Program-made: the position numbers and the translations under genes | Assembly: GCA_031264075.1 (NCBI GenBank) | Contig: JAISEO010000088.1 | Span: forward strand, 1 to 53,067 | From: Coriobacteriales bacterium | GTDB taxonomy: Bacteria > Actinomycetota > Coriobacteriia > Coriobacteriales > UBA8131 | DNA length: 53,067 bases | Reading direction: 5' to 3' | Notes under the pieces: model-generated | Told to the model about the DNA's origin: nothing | Databases searched by the model: none | Seen by the model: the letters and a program-made list of their open reading frames with translations, nothing else | Shown: positions 19,061-27,300 of the stretch, piece by piece | Numbering within the stretch: position 1 is the first letter of the stretch | How the letters are laid out: every line of letters starts with the position of its first letter

Positions 19061-20101
19061 CTAATACGATGCCAGATCCTTGTCCGAAATCCTGCCCCTG
19101 AACGACCGATATATGATGACGTGATAGATAAGCACGAGGGGCACGCCGATACAGGCGATAATCGTCATGCACATCAGGGAGAACTCAGACGATGACCCAT
19201 TCATGATGGTGATCGATTCTCCCACGCCCTCCGCGCCGGCTTTTGTGGCAACGACCAGCGAGGGAAAGAGCGAGGCGGCCCAGAGTGCCACGAGAAAGAA
19301 CACGGAGGCAGCCTGGCTGACAAACGCCAGGAGGTCACTCTTTTTGCGCAGGGCAAGAGACATCAGCAGTCCGGCGACGAAGAGCACCGCAAAGACGATG
19401 CGCAGCACTGCGGTGGAGTCTGCGAGTTCTGGTTGCACAACGGCAAACAGCACGATGCTGGCCACGACAAACACGACGAGCGCGACGAGCTGCAGCGGCA
19501 TGGCCAGGGCTGTGGCGCGCGACTGGAGGGCTGAGTGCTCGGGTGCTTTGAGCGCAACCCACCGGGCGCCGAGCGTGAGAAACAGCAGGAGTCCGAGCAC
19601 CCCGCAGAGCAGGGTAAAGGGTGAAAGGAGGCCGAGCAGGGGGATACCGGCATAATCGCCGTTGGCATGCATCGGGATACCCTGCAAGACATTACCGGCG
19701 GCAACGCCAAACAGCAGCGCCGGCAGGAAGGACCCTACGACAAAGCAGGCATCCCATAGCTTGCGCCACGCACCGTCGTGGGCACGGAACTCCAGAGAGA
19801 CCGCCCGCACTATGAGGCCGAAGAGCACCAGCATTATAGCCAGATAGAACCCGGAGAACGTGGTGGCATAGGCGGGCGGAAAGGCCGCGAAGAGCGCGCC
19901 ACCGGCGGTGAGCAGCCACACCTCGTTGCCGTCCCACACGGGGCCGACGCTCCGGCGAAGGATGGCCTTCTCCTTCTCATTCTTTGCGAGAAACGGATAG
20001 AGTACCCCGACGCCCAGATCAAAGCCGTCGAGCACGAAATACCCACCAATCAACAGCGCGATGAGCCAGAACCAAAGAACCTGAAAAACCGTTGCATCCA
20101 T
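19061..20101 (-). CDS. cydB: Cytochrome bd oxidase subunit II
   Basis: LDGFDLGVG and PVWDGNEVWL motifs. Confidence 0.97.
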   Translation of the reverse strand: MDATVFQVLWFWLIALLIGGYFVLDGFDLGVGVLYPFLAKNEKEKAILRRSVGPVWDGNEVWLLTAGGALFAAFPPAYATTFSGFYLAIMLVLFGLIVRAVSLEFRAHDGAWRKLWDACFVVGSFLPALLFGVAAGNVLQGIPMHANGDYAGIPLLGLLSPFTLLCGVLGLLLFLTLGARWVALKAPEHSALQSRATALAMPLQLVALVVFVVASIVLFAVVQPELADSTAVLRIVFAVLFVAGLLMSLALRKKSDLLAFVSQAASVFFLVALWAASLFPSLVVATKAGAEGVGESITIMNGSSSEFSLMCMTIIACIGVPLVLIYHVIIYRSFRGRISDKDLASY

Positions 20102-20103
20102 GA

Positions 20104-21648
20104 TTACTCACCTTCCTGTATCGGCTTGGAGCCTGTTTGCGAACGCTCTGCGGAAGAACCGGATTCGTCGCGCTCGGCCACGGTAAACACCGAGATTTTC
20201 TCAATGATGCTCTCATCGTCATCATCAGCATCTCCGCCGGATAGAGCGGCAGCTCCCACTCCCGCGGCATCGAGCACCGGGCCCTGCCTGATGAACTTGA
20301 ACACCACCCGTATGAGCGCGATGAAGATAAGCGTGTACACCACGGTAAAGAGCAGCAGGGTGATAAGGATTTCCGGCGCGGATACAGCCTGCGAAACACC
20401 GTTGGCGGTGAGCAGGGTAAGCCCCTCAGGCCCCGTGGTAGAGGGATAGACGACCCAGGGCTGGCGTCCGTATTCTGCGGTGAGCCATCCCGCCTGAATG
20501 GCCAGCATCGGAAAGACGGGCGAGATGATCAAGAGGCGCTGGAGCCACTTTTTGGAGGTGATTGTTCCTCCGCGGAAGCTGAACACGAGTGCGAGGATCA
20601 AAACAATCATGATGACGCCAAACAGGAGCACCATGATGTGATAACTCTGAAACACGAGGTTGGCCGGTGCCTCCTCTACTACCATACCGTCAAACTCTTG
20701 CGTTTGGGCCAACTCGTTGAGCCCCTCAAACTCGGTGTCCCAGGTTCCCGTTGCAAGGAAGCTGCTCCCGCCGGGAATCCCGAGGCCAAAGACTTCCTGT
20801 GTTGCCTCGTCCACCCAGCCGGCAAGGTAGAGCGGCGGCACCTCCGAGTCGTACATGCCCTCCATCAGGGCGAACTTTGTAGGCTGTTCCTCAGACACGA
20901 CGACTGCCGAGGCGTGTGCCGACACCAATAGGAGGCACATCGCAACGATGCCGACGACAGACCCGGTGCGCATCGTTCGGAGGGCAAACTCGGGGTGGCG
21001 CTTCTTATACATATACCAGGCCGAGATTGCCATGGCGATAAACGCGCCAACGGCCAGCACCGAGAACACGGTGTGGAAATACCGCGAGGCCAGCGAGGGA
21101 TTAAAGGCCGCCGCAAAGAAGTCGGTGATAACTGCCCGGGAGCCGTCCGCACTCAGCTCGCCGCCTGCGGGGGTCTGCATCCAGGAGTTGGCGATGAGGA
21201 TCCACAGCGCGGACAGGCAGGACCCAAACCAGACCAGCCAGGCAGAGACCATATAGAACCGGGGGGAGACCCTGTTGCGGCCAAAGATGAGGATTCCGAG
21301 GAATACCGATTCAAGGAAGAAGGCAAACAGGGCCTCGGCCGCGAGAGGGGCTCCAAAGATGTCTCCCACAAAACGCGCATAATCGGCCCAGTTGGTGCCA
21401 AAACTGAACTCCATGGTAATGCCCGTTGCAACGCCAACGATAAAACACGCCGCGAATATCTTGACCCAGAGGCCGGTAGCACCGGCATCCTTTGGGTCTC
21501 GGGTGCGATAATAGCGCGTCTCGTTAAGAGCCATCATCAAGCCAATGCCAATGGAGAGTGGAACAAATACAAAGTGAAAGATTACCGTAGCGGCAAACTG
21601 AAAGCGTGCCAGAAAGATCGGGTCTGTGAGCAATTCCATAACGATCAC
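20104..21648 (-). CDS. cydA: Cytochrome bd oxidase subunit I
   Basis: ARFQFA..FHFVFVP, EFSFGTNW, QPTK, GWLTAEYGRQPW. Confidence 0.97.
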   Translation of the reverse strand: MIVMELLTDPIFLARFQFAATVIFHFVFVPLSIGIGLMMALNETRYYRTRDPKDAGATGLWVKIFAACFIVGVATGITMEFSFGTNWADYARFVGDIFGAPLAAEALFAFFLESVFLGILIFGRNRVSPRFYMVSAWLVWFGSCLSALWILIANSWMQTPAGGELSADGSRAVITDFFAAAFNPSLASRYFHTVFSVLAVGAFIAMAISAWYMYKKRHPEFALRTMRTGSVVGIVAMCLLLVSAHASAVVVSEEQPTKFALMEGMYDSEVPPLYLAGWVDEATQEVFGLGIPGGSSFLATGTWDTEFEGLNELAQTQEFDGMVVEEAPANLVFQSYHIMVLLFGVIMIVLILALVFSFRGGTITSKKWLQRLLIISPVFPMLAIQAGWLTAEYGRQPWVVYPSTTGPEGLTLLTANGVSQAVSAPEILITLLLFTVVYTLIFIALIRVVFKFIRQGPVLDAAGVGAAALSGGDADDDDESIIEKISVFTVAERDESGSSAERSQTGSKPIQEGE

Positions 21649-21909
21649 CCCTCCTTATGGTGTGAACGACTGCGGTGGCGGTAAGGCCAACATCCCTTGC
21701 TAAGCATTATACTCTCCTTTTCTCCCCGCGGGTAGCCCTGCTATGATGTTATATGATACTTTAACAGTAGCATATAAAGCAAGACCCAATTTTGAAAATC
21801 TTTGAGAAGGGTATTGAAATGCCGCTGAGAGGTGTAGCTGCCCAAAGCGGAGTAGTACAATACTGAGAACGAACAGGCCAGTACAGAGAAAGGCGCAGGA
21901 GCGAGGCAT

Positions 21910-22512
21910 ATGTCATTTCTGTCTAAAAACGATGAGCTGTCTGGGTACCGGCCCGACACCTGGGTCTTCTGGCGCAACCTCGCCGTGTACTTCTGTGCCT
22001 TCAGTGTGATAGGGCATTGGCTGGAGATTGTGTATTGCAGTTTTATGAGCCTCTTTGGCATTGTCGACGCGGATTCCCTGGTGTGGGACGATCCGATGTA
22101 TCCCTTCCTGGTGTACGGGGTGGGCACGGCGATAGCGTCGCTGCTTCTGGTACCACTCAAACAGGCACTCATCAACAGGCGAAAGACCCTGCTAGGTGCC
22201 GCTCTGCTGTTCTTCCTCATGACGATTGTGCTCTGCATGCTCATGGAGCTTGCCATGGGCCTCCTGCTTAACCAACCTGACAGCATGGGTGAGTATCCCC
22301 TGTGGGATAACTCAGACCTGCCCCTCAACATCTTCAGTCAGGCCTGGCTGGTCAACGATATCTTTCTCAGCATCCTGGCCATGCTCTATGTCTGGATAAT
22401 CTATCCCGTCTGCGAAAAGTATCTGAAAAAGCTGCCCACCGCCCTGATGAACGTGCTCTCGATACTGATGGTTGTCTGCTTTGTTGTTCTGTGTACGCTG
22501 AAGTTCTCCTAA
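21910..22512 (+). CDS. CmpB/TMEM229-like membrane protein (putative ABC transporter permease family)
   Basis: FCAFSVIGHWLE..PFLVYGVG..LWD pattern with several TM helices. Confidence 0.7.
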   Translation: MSFLSKNDELSGYRPDTWVFWRNLAVYFCAFSVIGHWLEIVYCSFMSLFGIVDADSLVWDDPMYPFLVYGVGTAIASLLLVPLKQALINRRKTLLGAALLFFLMTIVLCMLMELAMGLLLNQPDSMGEYPLWDNSDLPLNIFSQAWLVNDIFLSILAMLYVWIIYPVCEKYLKKLPTALMNVLSILMVVCFVVLCTLKFS

Positions 22513-22601
22513 GTAGGGCCGCCTGATGGGTTAGAATAGCTGTGGCAACCAGGAACCCGCCACTACCCGTTTTGAGAAAAACGCAGGAATAAGGAAGAAG
22601 C

Positions 22602-23873
22602 ATGAGCAACAACAAACCAGAAGGCGAAGATACGCTCCCAGCCAAGCCAGCTCCCCCGGCGGAGCAAGCCCCTTCTGTTGCCACCGCTCTCTCAGCGGAA
22701 AATGCGCCCACACCCGGATCTGACGAAACTCAGGTGCATAAGAAAACTCCGCTCATACTCAAGATACTCGCGATTCTGCTGATTCTCGCCACGATTCTGG
22801 CCGTGCCCGTCCTCGTACTCCTTATCATCACCATGGTAATGGAACATGAGCAGGTCACGAGTGATCTGGGAATAGCCACCTTCGTCATTGCGGTTGTCCT
22901 CATCCTTATCCTCCTTGTCAGCGCGGTGCTGGGCTGTGTGCTCGGTGTCAATCTCCTGCGGAACAGACGACGCAACGCACAGCGGATAGCGGAGCTCCTG
23001 ATTGTTGCGACGATTCTGGCCATCGTGTGCGAGTTTATGCTCGACGGTGCCAGCCCCGCGATACTCTCCTACCTGGTTCGCCTTGCCATCCTCATCGCCA
23101 TTGCCGTGTACATCGACCCGGTGCTCTTGCAGGAGCGTAAGGTCCAGCGCAAACTCAGGGATATGGAGACGCGCGAAGAAGCGGAGGACGGAACCCTTGG
23201 ACGGGATTCCAGCGGCAAGGGCTATATCAAGCTCGACTTCTTCAACATCTTCTGGATATTCGTCATCTGCAGTATTATCGGCGTCGTTCTCGAGACCATC
23301 TACTACGCCGTGGTCGTGGGCGGGTATGAGGACCGAGCGGGGCTCCTCTATGGACCCTTCTCGCCTATCTACGGTTTTGGTGCCGTGCTGATGACCATTG
23401 CGCTCAACCGTCTCTACAAAAAGCCTCTCATCGTGATCTTTTTTCTCAGCGCGCTCATCGGCGGCGGCTTTGAATATGTCGTGAGCTGGTTTCTGCAATT
23501 TGCCTTCGGTATCACCGCCTGGGACTACACCGGCACCTTTCTTTCCATAGACGGTCGCACCAATGGCATCTATATGTTCTTCTGGGGCGTGCTCGGCTGC
23601 ATATGGATCAAATTCATGCTGCCTTACATCCTCAAGTTCGTCAATCTCATTCCCTGGAACTGGCGCTACTCGCTTACGACGGTCTGCGCTGTTTTGATGA
23701 TTGCCAATGGCGTTCTCACGCTGGGAGCCTACGATAGCTGGTACAAGCGCAAAGCGGGAGAACCGGCCAGCAATGCCCTGGAGGAGTTCTGCGACGCCCA
23801 CTATGACGACACGTTCATGCAGGACCGCTTCCAGACCATGACGATAGATCCCAGTAAGGTCACCCGTACCTGA
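22602..23873 (+). CDS. CmpB/TMEM229-like membrane protein with extra N-terminal TM region
   Basis: FVICSIIGVVLE, RAGLLYGPFSPIYGFG, WDY, IDGR motifs. Confidence 0.8.
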   Translation: MSNNKPEGEDTLPAKPAPPAEQAPSVATALSAENAPTPGSDETQVHKKTPLILKILAILLILATILAVPVLVLLIITMVMEHEQVTSDLGIATFVIAVVLILILLVSAVLGCVLGVNLLRNRRRNAQRIAELLIVATILAIVCEFMLDGASPAILSYLVRLAILIAIAVYIDPVLLQERKVQRKLRDMETREEAEDGTLGRDSSGKGYIKLDFFNIFWIFVICSIIGVVLETIYYAVVVGGYEDRAGLLYGPFSPIYGFGAVLMTIALNRLYKKPLIVIFFLSALIGGGFEYVVSWFLQFAFGITAWDYTGTFLSIDGRTNGIYMFFWGVLGCIWIKFMLPYILKFVNLIPWNWRYSLTTVCAVLMIANGVLTLGAYDSWYKRKAGEPASNALEEFCDAHYDDTFMQDRFQTMTIDPSKVTRT

Positions 23874-23992
23874 GAGAGAACAGGGGTAACACACAAGCTG
23901 AGATGACGCTGGCAAACCGGCCGGTGTGTGCGCGGCAGGGTGCGGCCACCATCCGGGGGAATATGATGTGTCGCGCCGTTTGGTTGTGGCGT

Positions 23993-25135
23993 CTAGCCTT
24001 CTTTCTCGAATATGCCCACGGCGCGCTCCAGCTCGTCGATGATGGCTATCTCCTGAGGACACACGGCCTCGCAGCTTCCGCATTGTATGCAGTCCGAGGC
24101 GCGTCCACGGTTGTGGCCCTTGGTCTGCCAGAAGTAGCCAAAGGCGGCCCCACCCTTGTTGCCATACAGCGTCAGGTCGTTCATGGTCTCGAAAATGCCG
24201 GGGATGGCGACGTGTTCCGAGCACTCATCAAGGCAGTAGCCGCAGGAGGTGCAGGGCACGGTGGGTACCTTCTCTATCTCGATAACGGTGCGGTGTATCG
24301 CAGTGCGTTCCTCGCTGGTGAGAGGCTTGAAGTCCGTAAAGGTGGCGATGTTGTCACGCATCTGTTCGAGGTTGCTCATGCCGGAGAGCACCGTGATGAT
24401 GCCATCGAGAGAACCGGCGTAACGGAGTGCCCAGGATGCGATGGAGGGTGCGGGGTTTACGGCGGTGAGCTCGGCTGCGGCCGCCGGAGGCAGGCTCACG
24501 AGGTTGCCACCCTTGACAGGCTCCATGAGGATAATGGGTTTGTTGTGCCTCTGCGCCGTCTCATAGCACAGCCGCGACTGCACGCTCGGGCTCTCCCAAT
24601 CGGCATAATTGATCTGGAGCTGTACAAACTCCATCTCCGGATGCTCGGTAAGCACCTCGTCCAGTACCGTGGCGGTGTCATGCAGCGAGAACCCCAGGTG
24701 CCTGATGAGCCCCTCCGCCTTACGCTCGGCCAGAAAGCTCCAGGTATCAAACTCGTCAAACACGGCCCGGCGTGCGGCACCGATGTTATGGAGGAGGTAG
24801 TAGTCGAAATATCCCGCACCCGTGCGCTCCAGCGACTCATAGAACAGGGCCTCTGCGCCCTCACGGGTGTTTGAACGCCAGGCGGGGAGCTTGGTGGCCA
24901 GCTGGTAGCTCGCGCGCGGATACCGGTCTACCAGTGCTTCTTTGATAGAGACCTCAGAATCCTCATAGCCGTAGGCCGTGTCAAAGTAGGTAAAACCCGC
25001 GTCCATGAAGAGGTCTACCATCTCCTTGAGTACCGCCTTATCTACCGGACTGCCCATACCATCGACGCGCGGCAGACGCATGAGTCCAAATCCCAGTTTG
25101 GGGATGTCCTTGCCCAGATAATCGCTGTAGTCCAT
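23993..25135 (-). CDS. Aldo/keto reductase with C-terminal 4Fe-4S dicluster
   Basis: LGFGLMRLP, YFDTAYGY, LATKLP, CTSCGYC, CIQCGSCEAVCP; start moved to ATG 25135. Confidence 0.92.
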   Translation of the reverse strand: MDYSDYLGKDIPKLGFGLMRLPRVDGMGSPVDKAVLKEMVDLFMDAGFTYFDTAYGYEDSEVSIKEALVDRYPRASYQLATKLPAWRSNTREGAEALFYESLERTGAGYFDYYLLHNIGAARRAVFDEFDTWSFLAERKAEGLIRHLGFSLHDTATVLDEVLTEHPEMEFVQLQINYADWESPSVQSRLCYETAQRHNKPIILMEPVKGGNLVSLPPAAAAELTAVNPAPSIASWALRYAGSLDGIITVLSGMSNLEQMRDNIATFTDFKPLTSEERTAIHRTVIEIEKVPTVPCTSCGYCLDECSEHVAIPGIFETMNDLTLYGNKGGAAFGYFWQTKGHNRGRASDCIQCGSCEAVCPQEIAIIDELERAVGIFEKEG

Positions 25136-25590
25136 GCCACTTACCCTTTCTCCCAGATGCGCCCGGCAGCTCCAGTGCTCCCAGTCCTGCGAACCCAACT
25201 CGCTTCGCCATCCCGATTCCAGCAGCCTTGACTCCGCCGATCCTGTTCCGCCAGCGTCCTGCCAAAGCCCTGGAGAAAAGTATAGCGCTTTTGGCAGGGC
25301 TTTTGTGTCAGCCCCAATATACTACCGCCTGCGGAAAAGTTGAGCAGGGAGCATACCGGTTACGCTGCCTGCGCTGCCTGCCAGCAGGGCCGTGCTTGCG
25401 TAACGATGCTTTCGGGGAATATGCTGAACGCGAAGGTTTTGCTTGTCTGTAGGCCCTGCAAGACCTGGCTGCCTCTGCGCGGCATTGGAGTAAGGGGGAC
25501 GGCCAGATACCCGGATTGGGTGGCCGTTCTATTGAGAAGTCGCGTACCCCGAGCAGAGAAGGCGGGTTCGCGCGAAAGGTGGTGTTTCCC

Positions 25591-27132
25591 ATGTCAAATC
25601 AGGAAAGAGTAGTGCGGGACGAATCAGTACAGGAGGAATGGAGCCTCGACAGGCGAGGCTTTATCAAGATTGGTGCAGCATGTGGTGCGGCAGCGGCTCT
25701 CAGCACGGGAGCGCTTGCCTTTCTGGCCGGGTGCGACTCCAAGACCGAAGGCTCAGGGAGTGATGGCAGCGGTACTTCCGAGGAGGCAGCCAGCTACGAC
25801 ATCGTCATCGTCGGTGCGGGTGGGGCCGGCCTGGCGGCAGCGCTTGCGGCCAGCCAGGAAGGCGTCGAAAAGGTGCTGATTCTTGAGAAGGGCATCTCCA
25901 GCGGCGGCAACACGAACTTCTCCTCCTCGGGCATGAACGCCTCAGAGACCAGGTTCCAGAAACGGGATGGTATCGATGACACCAACACCCTGTTTGCGGA
26001 GGACACCTTCAAAGGTGGACATGAACTCGGAGAGCATGCCCTGATAGACTACATGTGCGACAGTTCGGCGGCTGCCATTGACTGGCTTGACAGCGTGGCC
26101 ATCACGCTCGATAACATTACGCAGATGGGCGGCGCCAGTGTCAAACGCTGCCATCGTCCCACCGACGGCAGCGCCATTGGCAAGACGCTTATCCCCGGCC
26201 TCAGGGCTGCGGTCGAGCAGAGCGGCCTGGAAATCCTCACGGAGACCCCTGCGACCGAGCTGGTTAAAAACGACAGCGGCGCGGTAACGGGCGTCAAGGC
26301 AAAGGCGAAGGACGGCACGGAAAAGGTCTACCAGGCCGGAGCCGTTATCATTACCGCCGGGGGCTTTGGCTCCAACAAGGAGATGCTTCGCGAGTATCGG
26401 CCGGAGGTAGCGGACTTTGTTACCACCAACATCCCGTATACCACCGGGGACGGCATGATGATGGCGCAGAAGGCGGGTGCCGAGCTTATCCTGATGGATC
26501 AGATACAGACCCACCCCACCGTCGAGCAGGAGACCGGTGCGCTTATCGCGGAGGGAATCAGGGGAGGCGGAGCCATCCTCATCAATTCCGAGGGCAGGCG
26601 CTTCTTTGATGAGATGGGGACGCGTGACGCCGTCTCGGAAGCCGAGCTTGAGCAGCCGGGCAAGTACGCCTTTGTGGTCTACGACCAGCAGGTGTATGAC
26701 AAGAACCTCGACGCGGTGAGCTATAGCGAACGTGGCCTGAGCGTTCAGGCTCCCACGCTGGCAGAGTTGGCTGACAAGATAGGCGTTGACGCCGCCGCCC
26801 TGCAAGACGCGGTAGCAACGTATAACGCGGTCACCACCGAAGGCGCAGCCGATCCCTTTGGGCGCACCAAGGGCCTCATCGCTTTTGGCAACGGCCCCTT
26901 CTATGCCTGCAAGATAGCCCCTGGCATTCACTACTGCATGGGCGGGATACGCGTTGATGAGCTCAGCCGCGCGCTGGACGCAAACGGAAAGCCCATCGAC
27001 GGACTCTACGCCGCCGGAGAGACCACCGGTGGACTGCATGGCGGCAATCGCCTGGGTGGCAATGGTGTCTGCGACACCATGGTCTTTGGCCCCAATGCCG
27101 CGAAACAGGCAGCAGCGTATATCGCAGGATAG
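25591..27132 (+). CDS. Tat-exported flavocytochrome c flavin subunit (fumarate-reductase-like lipoprotein)
   Basis: DRRGFIK Tat motif, LAGC lipobox, GAGGAG FAD motif, QTHPT, HYCMGG, HGGNRLGGN; RBS GAAAGGTGG. Confidence 0.9.
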   Translation: MSNQERVVRDESVQEEWSLDRRGFIKIGAACGAAAALSTGALAFLAGCDSKTEGSGSDGSGTSEEAASYDIVIVGAGGAGLAAALAASQEGVEKVLILEKGISSGGNTNFSSSGMNASETRFQKRDGIDDTNTLFAEDTFKGGHELGEHALIDYMCDSSAAAIDWLDSVAITLDNITQMGGASVKRCHRPTDGSAIGKTLIPGLRAAVEQSGLEILTETPATELVKNDSGAVTGVKAKAKDGTEKVYQAGAVIITAGGFGSNKEMLREYRPEVADFVTTNIPYTTGDGMMMAQKAGAELILMDQIQTHPTVEQETGALIAEGIRGGGAILINSEGRRFFDEMGTRDAVSEAELEQPGKYAFVVYDQQVYDKNLDAVSYSERGLSVQAPTLAELADKIGVDAAALQDAVATYNAVTTEGAADPFGRTKGLIAFGNGPFYACKIAPGIHYCMGGIRVDELSRALDANGKPIDGLYAAGETTGGLHGGNRLGGNGVCDTMVFGPNAAKQAAAYIAG

Positions 27133-27154
27133 AAGCGCGAGAACCGTATACTAC

Positions 27155-27187
27155 AAAGAGGGACGGCAAGCTGCCGTCCCTCTTTTT
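27155..27187. terminator. Intrinsic terminator, likely bidirectional
   Basis: AAAGAGGGACGGCA-agc-TGCCGTCCCTCTTTTT between convergent genes. Confidence 0.85.
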
Positions 27188-27300
27188 GGTGGTGGTACGC
27201 TGAGCTCTGTCGGGTGCAGGTTCTCGCAAGGCCTCCTGACACAATCCCAGGCATCAGGAGAGCATTCCCGGGCATCAGCTGAGACTCAGGGGCAGGGGCA

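Noticed and set aside
15309-21648. Cytochrome bd operon in a probable anaerobe as a novelty
   Set aside because: cydABDC is common in aerotolerant anaerobes and the gene order is standard.
22692-24224. 510-aa minus-strand ORF and similar long antisense ORFs (23903-24874, 25942-27039, 38390-39337, 40481-41524, 41708-42673)
   Set aside because: They overlap well-supported genes on the opposite strand, as expected from high-GC codon bias, and show no motifs.
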